Part shown: positions 11,550 to 23,400 of the stretch, in pieces
How positions within the stretch are numbered: the stretch's first letter is position 1
Layout: every line of letters starts with the position of its first letter
DNA from: Dipteris shenzhenensis
Taxonomy: Eukaryota
Assembly: GCA_047967505.1 (NCBI GenBank)
Contig: CM106538.1
Direction: 5' to 3' (one strand)
Length of the DNA: 64,000 bases
The notes under the pieces: model-generated
What the model saw: the letters and a program-made list of their open reading frames with translations, nothing else
Databases searched by the model: none
Told to the model about the DNA's origin: nothing
Position numbers and translations under genes: made by a program

Positions 11550-12570
11550 GGGGACGAGCATTTTCTGAGCGAAATCTTCCGAGCATCCGAGCGAAGGAAA
11601 AAAAAAGCTTCCAACTATGCATAAATACGGCAAAAATCGATAAGAAGAAAACATAGTTTCACTTACAAATATGCAAAGTATTATAGCAATGTCTATTTTA
11701 TACAAAAATCTTTCGGTGAATCTGTAGGAATGGTGAGAGCATAATGGGATGGCTTTTGAAGAAACCCACATGTAGAGTAGACTTCTCTATGAAAATTCCC
11801 TTATGATCCTTCTTACAACTTTTACTTAATAGGGGGTGACATTGAAAACCCTCTCTCAACCTATCTTCATGAAAGAGTTTCTTCAAAGAAAACTCATTAA
11901 AGCAAGCCATCCAGGTAGTTTCGCCAGTGAAACCCCTTTGAAGCAAGTCTCCCAAGGTAGTTTCGCTGGCGAAACTACCTTGGACAGCACTTTTAAAAGT
12001 GACATAACTTTTTTATCCAATGTCCAAATATAGTCATTCAACCACTCAAATTGATCGGAACACCCCATTTGAGCACATCTATGGAGTTATATTTTGGAAA
12101 ATCTTTCATATATAGTATTAAATATTACATGTATTTTATGAGAGTGATATATAAGCCCAAGTTAATACTTATTTATAGTAATTTAAACTTCTTTAGAAAC
12201 ATGTCCATAAATATGCTATAAAAACACTAAAAAGATATTGCCATATGATATAAATGTGTTAATAAGTAATTATATATGCATAGTATTATTACATTGAGAG
12301 TGATTATGAGGAATGTTTCTTAAAGGAATCAACACTTTTTTAAGGTAATAACAGGGGTACAAAGGGATGTCTCTAAATAAGAAAATTATGTTGTGTAAAA
12401 ATGAATGAGTGACTAGTCTGTATATTTTTATGATAAAGGGATCTAGTTCTAGTGAAAATAAAAGTGTAAAAACCATGTTTCCTAAAGAAAAACATTTTTA
12501 AAAATCTCTTGAAAAACACGCTCGGATAAACCTGCTCATAGGTTTTTGCTCATAAAATTGACGCGTCCGC
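11550..12570. mobile_element. Non-autonomous TIR element (Mutator-like MITE), ~1 kb
   Basis: Direct repeat GCTTGCTACC at 11540-11549 and 12569-12578 (TSD 8-10 bp depending on the boundary chosen). Imperfect TIRs GGGGACGAGCATTTTCTGAGC / GCTCATAAAATTGACGCGTCCGC. No coding capacity. Confidence 0.65.
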
Positions 12571-13269
12571 TTGCTACCACCCTTGAAAGAAGCAATTCCT
12601 TGATAACCAACCATGTTGCAGGATGTGGAGCCAAGGGAAACACATCGTTGTTGTTCTGTCAAGCATTGGGAGAGAACTCAACTTGCAGATGAACCTCTCA
12701 TAATTGCACACAACCTTCGACACTGGGGAAGGAACTCAACTGGGTGATCAGCTCTAACACACTGAGAGCATGCGTCAGTGTGCTGGAGCTCACCACCATA
12801 TTGAGTTCCCTGTCCGCTATCGAATGTTATGCTCGAGTGAGCTCACCTCCAAGATGAGTTCCCTCTTCTAGTGCCTTGAAAGAAGTTGCTATGAAAAAGG
12901 CTATTTCAATTACGAGGTGCTAGTATTGTCCCATGCATACAAGGAGTTCCAAGTCAAAATTGTAAGAAAGTCCTACCTATGATAGCACTACAAGGTGCTC
13001 ATATTATCCCATGCATACAAAACACCAGGTCAAAAGTGTAAGAAAGTGCTAACAAGGGCAAAAAGTGACACCCAATCCTGCCACAGTGGTGGTGTTGACA
13101 AGTGCTAAAAGTGTTTAAAGAAGTGTCACAAAGACAAAGTGCTAGCATCTTTATATGTAATTTATTTTGTTAAATGTTTGCTTCGGATGTAATTTATTTT
13201 GTTTCAATTTCGATGTAATACTCTTATCGCAAAAACTATTGGATGTAATTTCTTTTGTTTCAATTTCAA

Positions 13270-15236
13270 TGTAGTACCTTATCTGGTTTTCTACCATTGC
13301 TTTGAATTCTTGAAATCTAGAAAACACTTCAGATTTCTTTTTTAAAGAGTAGACCGAACAATATATGCTATAGTCATCAATGAAACTCAAGTAGTAAAGT
13401 GAACCATTGATGATGTGGGTCTGGGCATAACCCCATACATCTATATGAATCAAATCAAGAATACCTCATGCACAAGAGGTACTTCTGCCAAAGTTGGTTC
13501 ATTTTTGTTTACCGAAGCAGCATGCTTCGTAAAGTTTTCCAAGAAACTGTAGCTTCGGAATCCCAATTGCCATATTTTGATTCCTGAGATCTAACAAGTA
13601 CTTGAAATTGACATGACCATATCTCTTGTGCCATTTTGCAAATAGTGGCATCTGTTGCGGTTGATCTGACATGGCATGCTTATCTGGTAATGTAGCTAGC
13701 ATTCCATATAAGTGTCCTTCTTTGACACCTTTTGCTACTAGAGTTGACATCTTCTTGATTTGTCTCTGATAGTGCATTCATCTCCGTCGAAGATGACTCG
13801 ATAATTGTGTTCCGTCATTTGACCTACTGACAAGAGATTCTTGCTGAGCTTTGGAGCATAGAGTACATCTTTCACCAATCCTTTTGTACCGGTGAAATTA
13901 TTCATAGGGATAACACCCGTCCCTTGAATTGGATTCATTGGATTATCTGTTGTGTAGATGACATTTTTCTGACCTTCTAATGGTTTCATCTCTATGAACC
14001 ATTCCTGATGTGAGATGATGCACCACTGTCGATGTACCAAGGATCCTATTCTGCTTGGTCGACTTGATAGCTAAATTCCTCTTTAGAATTGAAATCAACG
14101 TCTAGGTACATTGTATCAATTTGCTACATTTCCTCGTTTGCAAGAAACATATTCCCACGTTCAATTGCAAAATGACTGTGACTAGAATGTCCACCACGAT
14201 GATTTCCTCTTTTGCAAAAATTCCCTCAATTACTATTGGATTGACCGCCTTGGTCATACTACCTTTTTTGGCAATCTCTTTCATAGTGTCCAAACTTGTG
14301 ACAATAGTTGCACTGGATGTTTGACACTTTGGTGGATGCATTCCCTCGTCCTTGGAATCTTCCTCGATTGGAAAAATTTCCTCTTTGTTGATTCTGATGT
14401 TGCTAAGGATGATGTTGATGCTGATGCTTACTTTGCTAATGATGACCTTGTTGTCGCTGATGATTACCACTTTTCTTGTATGATCTACCTCTACCTCTGC
14501 CTCTGCCTTTGTTTGAAGTTGTGAATGCTTGATCATTAGAATGATCTTTTCGTGCTTGAATGGCTTGCGTCCTGAGTTCTTTACCAAGTAACACTGACTA
14601 AAGTTCTTCCAGTGTTGGAATTTGCCGTTGGATGGCAATAGTCTGGACTAGATTCTCGAATCCTTCTCCTAGTCCATTTAGGATGACTTGAACCATTTTT
14701 GTTGGATTCATGGTCTCTCCTCCTGCTGCAAGTTGATTGTTGTAGTCTTTGATCCGGAGTGGTTTCGTGCTCTTGCAGAAACTCTAGTTGATTTGGTTTC
14801 TCAATGTGAGAATCCTGGATGTGATCTTGGACTCGTAGAGAGCTGCGAACATATCCCATGCTTCTTTCGATGTCTTGGTTGTGTTGAGCTATCCTAGCAT
14901 GTCATCTTGCACATTTTGCTTAATCAAATAATATGCGTACTTGTCTTTCTCATTCCATTCTGCCTGAACTCGGGCAACGGCAGGATCTGCTACAGGTGCG
15001 GAAACGGTTTGCATAGTTGTAGATCCTACTATAGATCCTACTGTTGGTGTTGTGACAACAGGTGGAGTAGAGCTACTGGTGGCTGGATCTTCCAATGGTC
15101 TAGCTGTAGATCCATCAACATACTCCCATTTGTCCTGAAGTACAAGAATGGTCTCCATTTGGTATTTCCATGTGCCGTAATTGGAGTTGTCTAGCTTAGC
15201 AGATGCCTCTAGATTGAGGTTGCTAGTCGTAGACAT
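13270..15236 (-). pseudogene. Copia gag-pol remnant (frameshifted)
   Basis: KLDNSNYGTWKYQMETIL (gag N-terminus), CCHC knuckle near 14300, protease WYIDSGASSH near 14030, KDVLYAPKLSKNLLSVGQ, GAG-pre-integrase WHKRYGHVN, integrase IHIDVWG...LSFIDDYS. Confidence 0.9.
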
Positions 15237-17660
15237 GGTGCAGGATATGTACTCAAAGTGTCATGAAAATCACTGTCTAAATCAACTGCAAAACACTGAC
15301 CGTGCCAAATAAAATATGAACTGTCGGTGAAGATAGAACTGCAATATATAAAATCCGATCTGTGTTACAAGGCTTGTGGCAAATGATGCCAAGAATAGCC
15401 AAGAGGCTTTATAAGGCTGAAATGATGTGCACAATGCCGTGAAATAGCCGAATAGGCTTTACAATGGTGGCATGTGTGTGTGAAATCAAATCATGTGCTA
15501 TCTGCCCCCACCCCCCATTGAACAATCGGTAATGGCTCTGAACACTTTGAAGTCTACTCACTGAACTAATGAACGTCAGGTTTCAGGTAATGTGATGATG
15601 TGAAATCATATGTGAGCGTATGGACTGGTACTAGTTGGGAATTTCAAGCATGGCTTAGATTGGCAACTTGGGGAGATTCAAAGTGTCCCCTCTATGGTGA
15701 TCTAGTCTACTCTAATCCAGCTCTATACCAACTATCGATCGACGAAAGAATAGTCTTCTTTGGCTCTTTTTATGCGTTGGGTCAGATGCATCGATGTAGA
15801 GGTAGATGTACATGTAGGAAGTGGTTTTGTCAGTGAAGCTCAAAAGTAAGTGATACTTGTGCCAAAATATGCCTGTAATGTGATGAGTGCATAGAGCATG
15901 AAAAATCAAGTGACTTTCCTTTTTGGAGTGCCCTCAAATTCTTCTTGGATCAAGAGATACAACTTGATCTAGGTGGAGGGGCAAAAGGAGTGCATATGTG
16001 CTCAATGATGATGATGTGTCACTATGGGTCACATGCAATGATGATGTGGCACTATGCAAGAGGTGTACCTCTATGAAGCAGTGTTGAGGTGTCAACTGTG
16101 TGCACATGCAAGGTGCATAGTGTACCTATAGAGTGATAATTGTGCCTATAGGGGGTTAGTGTGCCACGTGGCACTGATGAGGTGGTAGCTAACTAGGCAT
16201 GATGATGTGGTAGCTGAGATGGCTTGATAACATGTCCTAATAATATGGATTACCACCATGGCAGATGATGTGGTAGTGTTGACTTTGACTGATGATGTGG
16301 CCGTTAGTGATGACATGGGTACCATCGTGCAGCTGACGTGTTAGTGGTGACAATTGGCAGATAAGGCTGATGATGTGGTAGCCTCATGGGGCTGCTGAGG
16401 TGGCAATTGGAGGTGGTTGCTGATGTGGCACGATAAGGTGCCATGTGTCACTTAGAGGATAAGCCTTTTGAAGAGGCCACATGTCAATAGGAGGGGCACC
16501 AGAATCTTGATGATTCCAACGAAATCTCAAAGATTCCATCGTTGTTGCGTGGATGCTATTGTTAGATGCTTTGGGCTAATGCATATGCTTCCCTTGGCAT
16601 GCTATCGAAGCAAGCATGATCTTGGCAGCTCCTCTATCCTACTAATCCAAGCAAGACAAGAGTCTTTAGAGTTGCATGGCACATTATGAGAGAGCCATCA
16701 TCGACGAAGGCTTTTGGAGCATGGGCTGAAAGGTGTCGCGTGCAGGCTTTGGTTATAGGCAGATCGATGGAGGTTGGAGTGCTTGTTGGTGCTATCTCTG
16801 TAGAGCTCATTGCTGGAGTCAACCGTGCTTGAGCTCATTGGCATAGGAGTTGTGTAGTTGCAGTCGTTGGCTAATTCAGTGCACTATGAGGTCGCCTTGG
16901 TCGTTCAATAGGTGCTTATTATAGGCAAGGCTGCTGCTGCCAATTGCTCTTGGAGTGATGGTTGGAGTAGGCTACGCTTCTTTCATCAATGAAGGCATTA
17001 AGTTGAAGGCAAGGCTTTTTGTAGGAGGCGTTGGTGGTGTCTGCTGCAATCCACAGGCATAGTCGGTGGTATCTGCAGAGGTAGTTGCTTTAGGGAGCTT
17101 GAAGCTCTGTTGGAGAAGGCCGGGGCTCTTTGCTAGCTAGCTGCGTCATTGAGGCTATTGAGGCATTGAGTTATAGTTTGTGAAGTCAGTTGGAGATGCT
17201 TGGAAGGAAGCCGCATATCATTTGAAGCAACAAAGGAGAGCTTGCTGTAGTAGCCACCTAGAATGGAGGAGTGGCTTGGCTGAGCTGCTGCCTAAAGCTC
17301 TATTGGAGTTGCTGGAGAGGATACTTGAGCTCTCAAGGAGAGCTTGTTGACCAAAGGCTTAGCACAATAGCACTTAAAAATCTCTCTTTTCTCACAAATC
17401 TTTCTCAATGAAGAACTCTCTCTATCTTTCTCTCAAAGGATCTCTCTTTCTCAACTGAAATCGAAGAACAACACAATGAATCACTCAACCTCACATAGAC
17501 GAAAATCTTAGACATGCAATGAATAAAGTTCTCTCAATGGAAGAGAATACAAATCCCTCACAAATGAACGGAAATCCTATGGACGGAAATTTCTCACAAA
17601 GGATGGAAGTCTCTCACTGAAAGCGAACTCTCATGGAGAACACTCAAGAGAACTCACAAT

Positions 17661-18432
17661 CGAATTAGAAAAAAAGAGAGCTCATTTTGGGGCCTTTTAG
17701 AAGAGAGAGAAAATAGGCTCTCAACCAATCAGGAGTGGGCCAACGTAACGTTGAAAATTCAACAAAAGAAGATGAAAATAAGAAAAAGAAATAGTACTAT
17801 ATGTTCGTAGAAGCATGTCACATTAATGAGGTGATCTGATTTGAATCTTTAAAAAATTTATATTATGTGCAGAATTTGGTGATTTTGACATCGCAGACGC
17901 GTCCGGAACGGCCCAAAACCCAAGAACGGCACTGGAAACGCTGGAATCGGACATCCGGAGGCCCGGAAACGGCCAAAAAAGGCCAAAAAACGCGATTTGC
18001 AGCAAAATGCGATTTGGCACTTTTGAAATTCGCAATTTGCAACAAAATGCGATTTGGCACTTTTGAAATTTCAAAAGTGCCAAATCGCATTTTGCTGCAA
18101 ATCGCGTTTTTCGGCCTTTTTTGGCCGTTTCCGGGCCTCCGGATGTCCGATTCCAGCGTTTCCAGTGCCGTTCTTGGGGTTTTGGGCCGTGCTTGGGGTT
18201 TTGGGCCGTTCCGGACGCGTCAGCGATGTCAGAATCACCAAATTCTGCACAGAAAAGTGTTGCTCTTATATGAACATTGAATGTAAAGCATGTGAAAGAA
18301 TATATTTATTCCTTTTCACACTGACATTTCTCATGCAAGTATCCATATTTTCTTGCTTTTGTAGAGAGAGAAAAGAGAAAATAGTGAATTTCTTACAGGG
18401 CCCCAAAATGAGTTCCCTTTTTTCCTAATTCG
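17661..18432. mobile_element. Foldback element copy 1 (~30-bp TIRs plus ~390-bp internal palindrome), in the Copia-B leader
   Basis: Termini ATTAGAAAAAAAGAGAGCTCATTTTGGGGCC ... GGCCCCAAAATGAGTTCCCTTTTTTCCTAAT. The internal inverted repeat spans 17866-18251 with a loop-less centre GAAA|TTTC at 18068/18069. A near-identical second copy is at 43091-43898. Confidence 0.9.
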
Positions 18433-18773
18433 GACTCTCTCGCACTCTCAAGAATCACAATGCCTTAGCGGAAGGCAAGGGAGCTCTGATACCATGACAG
18501 AATATGAAGAGGGGAGAGGAGAAGAGTGGAGATGAGGAGAGAGGGCACAGCTAGAGAGCACACCACAAATGACTAACTGTACACTAGTTTTAGTCGAAAA
18601 TGTAGAATATATACAAACCAATTTAGGGTTAGGGTTAGGGCATCTAACCCTTTTCTTTATAGCACTCTATAAGGTTACTGCTATGCACACATGATCACAT
18701 GATGTTGAGTGTGAAGTCTCAATAGCACCTTGAAATTTTCGTTCATATTTAAGGAGGTTTCTGCCTGAGGATT

Positions 18774-19674
18774 ATGACATTACAGAACACTGCAAAATAT
18801 TCTGTCACTGCCAAAAACACAGCTTTTGCCTCACACGGGCAGATCTGCAAAACTGACGAAAGTGGTATTTCACCACACAGTCACTTCCTAGTGATGATTT
18901 TGCATCAACAGGCAATAAGCATGATTCTGCAACTCCTAATATCTCTGCACACAGGCATACGATGCAATTTCTGCGGCAACTTTTCACCGACTAGCTGTGC
19001 AGTGGTCGCACAGCCAAAACAGGGCCTTTTTCTGAGTGCCTGCAAAGAACTTCCGCCTTCAAAACGGGCCCCGAAATGACCTCGAATCAGAAAAATAAAG
19101 TTACCAAGGGCTTCGCCTACTCCCGAGCATATAATGCCCTCTCGTCACACTGCGAAGGCGTCTCAATCTGAGACAGTGCACTCTTGCACTTCCGGTTGTG
19201 CTACCTGCAGAGATTTGCTCCCAAACTCGAAAAAGGAAAGCAACACTTGTCCTCTTACCAGGACACTGCGAACTTGGTTTGCTTTCTTGAGCTCCTTACC
19301 ACGAACAAGGCTCTGATACCATGTGAAGATAGTGGGAGAGAGGGAAGGAGTCTCACTTGTAGCTTTCTCACAAGCACAATGGGGGAATACACACAAAGGT
19401 GGAGGCTGAAAACAGTTTTCCTTTTCTTAGTTGTGAAAGCCAAAAGAACTCTAGTACAAAGAAAATAGAAGAACCCTATATGTGGGTCTCAAACCAAACT
19501 CAACTAACTAAGGTGGCTTAGTAACTGAGCCACAAACTAGAGTAGATAAGGATAGCTATCATCCAGCTATTATTCGTGGGTGGTGTACCAACCGCATCTC
19601 CAGCTAACAAGTCGGTGACATAAATACACAACGGTCACCCTGGCATATCACGAGTGGAGCTCGATATCTCAACA
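18774..19674 (-). mobile_element. Copia family A 5' fragment: LTR 19322-19674, PBS 19310-19321 and leader ending about at the gag start
   Basis: 353-bp TG...CA LTR matching 25412-25764, 53441-53793 and 58612-58964. The leader matches 24867-25399. Confidence 0.92.
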
Positions 19675-20480
19675 CTGGTGATGATACTGCACATCCTATT
19701 GTGCAGATTGGTAAAATTCCTTTGTCTATGCAGGATGGGAAAAAGAAATACCTGTCTAATGTATTTCATGTCCCGAATATCACCAAGAACCTGGTTTCTA
19801 TTGGTCAAATGGTTGAGTAGGGCTTGCAGGTCAGATTTAATCCTCATGGATGCTTTGTTGAGGATATGAAAAATAACGGTTGCTTGATAGCAAAAGGAAA
19901 GAAGAAGGACAGGATGTTTACATTGGATGCGGACATGCCTGAATTGAGTGCAGCAATGTTTGCACATGGGACCGGTGTAGTTGTAGATATTGATATCTAG
20001 CATAAACGCATTGGTCATGTTAATGTACGACTCAAATCAATGCAGGCCTAAAATATTGTTGCATGATTGCCTAAATTCAAGGTTGCAGAAATGCATAAGA
20101 TATGTGAAGCCTATCAATTTGGAAAACAGGCAAGGAAACCATTTCCTAGACATGTTCAAGAGAGTAAGAAGCCATTGGAATTAATCCACTCTGATGTGTT
20201 GACTACTAAAGCTGCATCTATTGGAGGCTGTCATTATTTTGTCACTTTTATTGATGACTATAGCAGAAAAGTTTGGGTGTATTTTACGAAAAAGAAAAGT
20301 GAAGTGTTTGGACATTTCAAAGCTTTTAAAGCTATGGTTGAAAAAGAAACAGGCCTGCAAATAAAATGCCTAAGGTCAGATGGAGTGGGAGAGTACCTCT
20401 CAAATGAGTTTGCAAGGTTCTTGTAGGAGCATGGCATAAAGCAACAATATTCATGCAATCATACCCCACAGCAAAATGGA
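19675..20480 (+). mobile_element. Inverted internal Copia-A fragment (post-protease to integrase core)
   Basis: Reverse-complement match to ~22950-23760. Encodes TGDDTAHPIVQIGK...ELIHSDV...FIDDYSRK...CLRSDG with stops. Confidence 0.92.
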
Positions 20481-23400
20481 CAAGTCGGTGACATAAATGC
20501 ACAACAGTCACCCTGGCATATGGAGCTCGATATCTCAACACTCCCCCTCGAGCTCAATCCCAAATCTTGCACACCAAGCAGGTCTCTGAACTTGCGCAGC
20601 TTCTCTGCGCCCAATGCTTTCGTGAATATGTCAGCTACCTGATCCTCTGTGCTGACATAAACTAGATCAATAAGACCTAGTAAAACCTTCTCCTGCACAT
20701 AGTGATAATGAACCTCAATGTGCTTTGTTCTAGCATGAAAGATTGGGTTCTTTGCCAAGTGTATACTGCTCATGTTGTCACAATAAATGACAACCGGCCC
20801 ATCTGTAGACTGATGCATATCATAGAGTAGCTTATGCAACCAAGCTACCTCACATGCAGCCATTACTGCACCCCTGTACTCAGCCTCTGTGCTCGACAAG
20901 GCAACTGTAGGCTGTTTCTTGCTGCTCCAAGTGACTGCAGCACTCCCAAAAGAGAACACATATCCACTGGTAGATGTCTATCTGAAATGCTACCAGCCCA
21001 ATCAGCATCAGTGTATCCATGCAACTGTATCTGAAACCCAGCCTCATAAAATAGTCCATACTGCAATGTGGACTTCATATACCTGAGTATGCGTCTAGTC
21101 GCATCCAAATGCGGTTTCCTTGGAGCCTGCATAAACTAACTTACCAACCCAACAGCATAGCTCAAATCTAGCCTGGTAATAGTCATGTAAATCAAACTTC
21201 CTACTATGCGTCTGTACGTAGTAGGGTCTTCCAGAAGCTCACCTGCATCTGTGCTCAGCTTCACATTCTGCTCCAAAGGAACTGAAATAGGCTTACAGCC
21301 TGTCATCCCATATTTGGACAGCGTGTCCAATCCATACTGCCTCTGCAAGAGCTGTATCATCCCACTTGGTGATCTAATCACCTCAATGCCCAAGAAATAA
21401 CGCAGCTTTCCCAAGTCCTCCATCTCAAACTTCTGCCTCAATAGCATTTTCACATGAAGGATATCTTCATCACTATCACCTGTGATGATCAAATCATCAA
21501 CATAAATGACCAGCAGCATAATCCCTTTCTCTGTTTTTCTCACATAGAGTGAGAAATCTGCCTTGGATATCTGAAAGCCAATAGTGACAAGATACTGTCC
21601 TATCTTGTCAGACCATGCTCTAGGTGCTTGCTTCAAGCCATACAAGGCTTTCTTCAACCTGCAAACAAACTCAGGATGAATAGCATGAACATAACCTGCT
21701 GGCTGCTCCATAAAGACCTCTTCTTGCAAATCACCATGCAAGAAGGCATTCTTTACATCCATCTGATGTAAAGACCATCCCTTTGATGCAGCCATAGCAA
21801 TGGCTGCTCTTACGGTTGCCATCCTTGCAACCGGGCTGAAAGTTTCTTCATAATCAATGCCATATGTCTGTGCATACCCCTTGACAACTAATCTTGCCTT
21901 GTATCTATTCACAGAACCATCTGCATTATGCTTGATCTTATAAACCCACTTACAGCCAATTGCATTCTTGCCTTTAGGCAAAGGCACCAATTCCCACGTA
22001 GCATTAGCATCCAAGGCATCCATTTCTTCATCCATGGCTTTCTCCCATTTTTCATTTCCCATGGCTTCCTCAAAAGAAGTGGGCTCTGGTTCCTGTATCA
22101 CTTTGACCATATAGGCATAGTGAATGGCTGTAAATCCATCATATTTCAGCCTATCCACAGGATACCTAACCCTGGTAGACCTGCGCAAAATAGGCTCACT
22201 TCCAGGTGCTCTCAAAACATCCCTGGTCTTCCTTACTCCAGGTGTAACAACAGAAGGAATACCCAACTCATCATCAATGCTCTGTTCTGAGCCACTGGAT
22301 TCACCATCCACACAAGAGTGACCTGCATTCAGATCAAACATGGGCTGATCTACCTTCTCTTTTCCTTTTCGTAATACCTGCGTACCACTCTCCGCATTGC
22401 TTTGAGGGGATTCTCCTGATCTCAATCTGCCTGTCCATGGCGAAGTATGTGAACCACTGGTAGAGGACACTCCAGGTCCACTGATATTTTGTGATTGCTG
22501 CTGTGCATTCTGTGCAGCATTACCATTTTGTGCATCTACATCAATCATCATATTTACTAGTTTATACCAGCTGCTCATCTCATCAAAAACAACATCTCTG
22601 CTCACTGTGAACTTACGTGTAGAAGGGTTATAGCATCTATGCCCTTTCTGCTCCAGAGAATAACCAATAAAGACGCACTTCTCAGCTTTTGGATCCAACT
22701 TGGACCTCAACTCATCTGGCACATGGACATAGGCAATGCAACCAAAAATCTTCAAATGAGAAATATCTGGTTTCCTACTAGTATACATCTCCTCTGGCGT
22801 CATGCCATGTATTGCTGCAGTGGGAGTGTTGTTCATTATATAGACTGTTGTAGCAACTGCTTCAGCCCAATAATAATCTGGTAGATCTTTTTCATTTAGC
22901 ATAGCCCGAGATACCTCTCCAATATGCCTCTTTTTTCTTTCTGCAATTCCATTTTGCTGTGGGGTATGACTGCATGAATATTGCTGCTTTATACCATGCT
23001 CCTGCAAGAACCTTGCAAACTCATTTGAGAGGTACTCTCCCCCTCCATCTGACCTTAGGCATTTTATTTGCACAGGCCTGTTTCTTTTTCAACCATAGCT
23101 TTGAAAGCTTTGAAGTGCCCAAACACTTCACTTTTCTTTTTCATAAAATACACCCACAGTTTTCTGCTGAAGTCATCAATAAATGTGACAAAATAGTGAC
23201 AGCCTCCAATAGATGCAGCTTTTGTAGTCCACACATCAGAGTGGATTAATTCCAATGGTTTTTTACTCTCTTGAACATGCCTAGGAAAAGGTTTCCTTGC
23301 CTGTTTCCCAAATTGACAGGCTTCACAAACCTTGTGCATTTCTACAACCTTGAATTTAGGCAATCCTGCAACAATATTTTGGGCTTGCATTGATTTAAGT

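Larger units (their letters stand above)
13270..18724 (-). mobile_element. Truncated Ty1/Copia element (family B): 5' LTR, PBS, long leader, gag-protease-integrase; RT/RNase H and 3' LTR not found
   Basis: PBS TGGTATCAGAGC (tRNA-iMet) at 18483-18494 abuts an LTR at ~18495-18724. gag starts at 15236. Linking this LTR to this gag across ~3.2 kb is an inference from orientation and order. Confidence 0.65.

Noticed and set aside
17823-18428. Overlapping ORFs on both strands in the foldback element (also 43249-43896)
   Set aside because: Mirror-image peptides arise from the palindrome, and the frames differ between the two copies.
18483-18494. tRNA genes at TGGTATCAGAGC sites
   Set aside because: These are 12-nt primer-binding sites next to LTRs, with no cloverleaf.
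19134-19468. Small ORFs spanning the Copia-A LTR and leader (also near 25.3 and 58.5 kb)
   Set aside because: Their recurrence only reflects repeat homology; starts and lengths vary among copies and no domain is recognisable.
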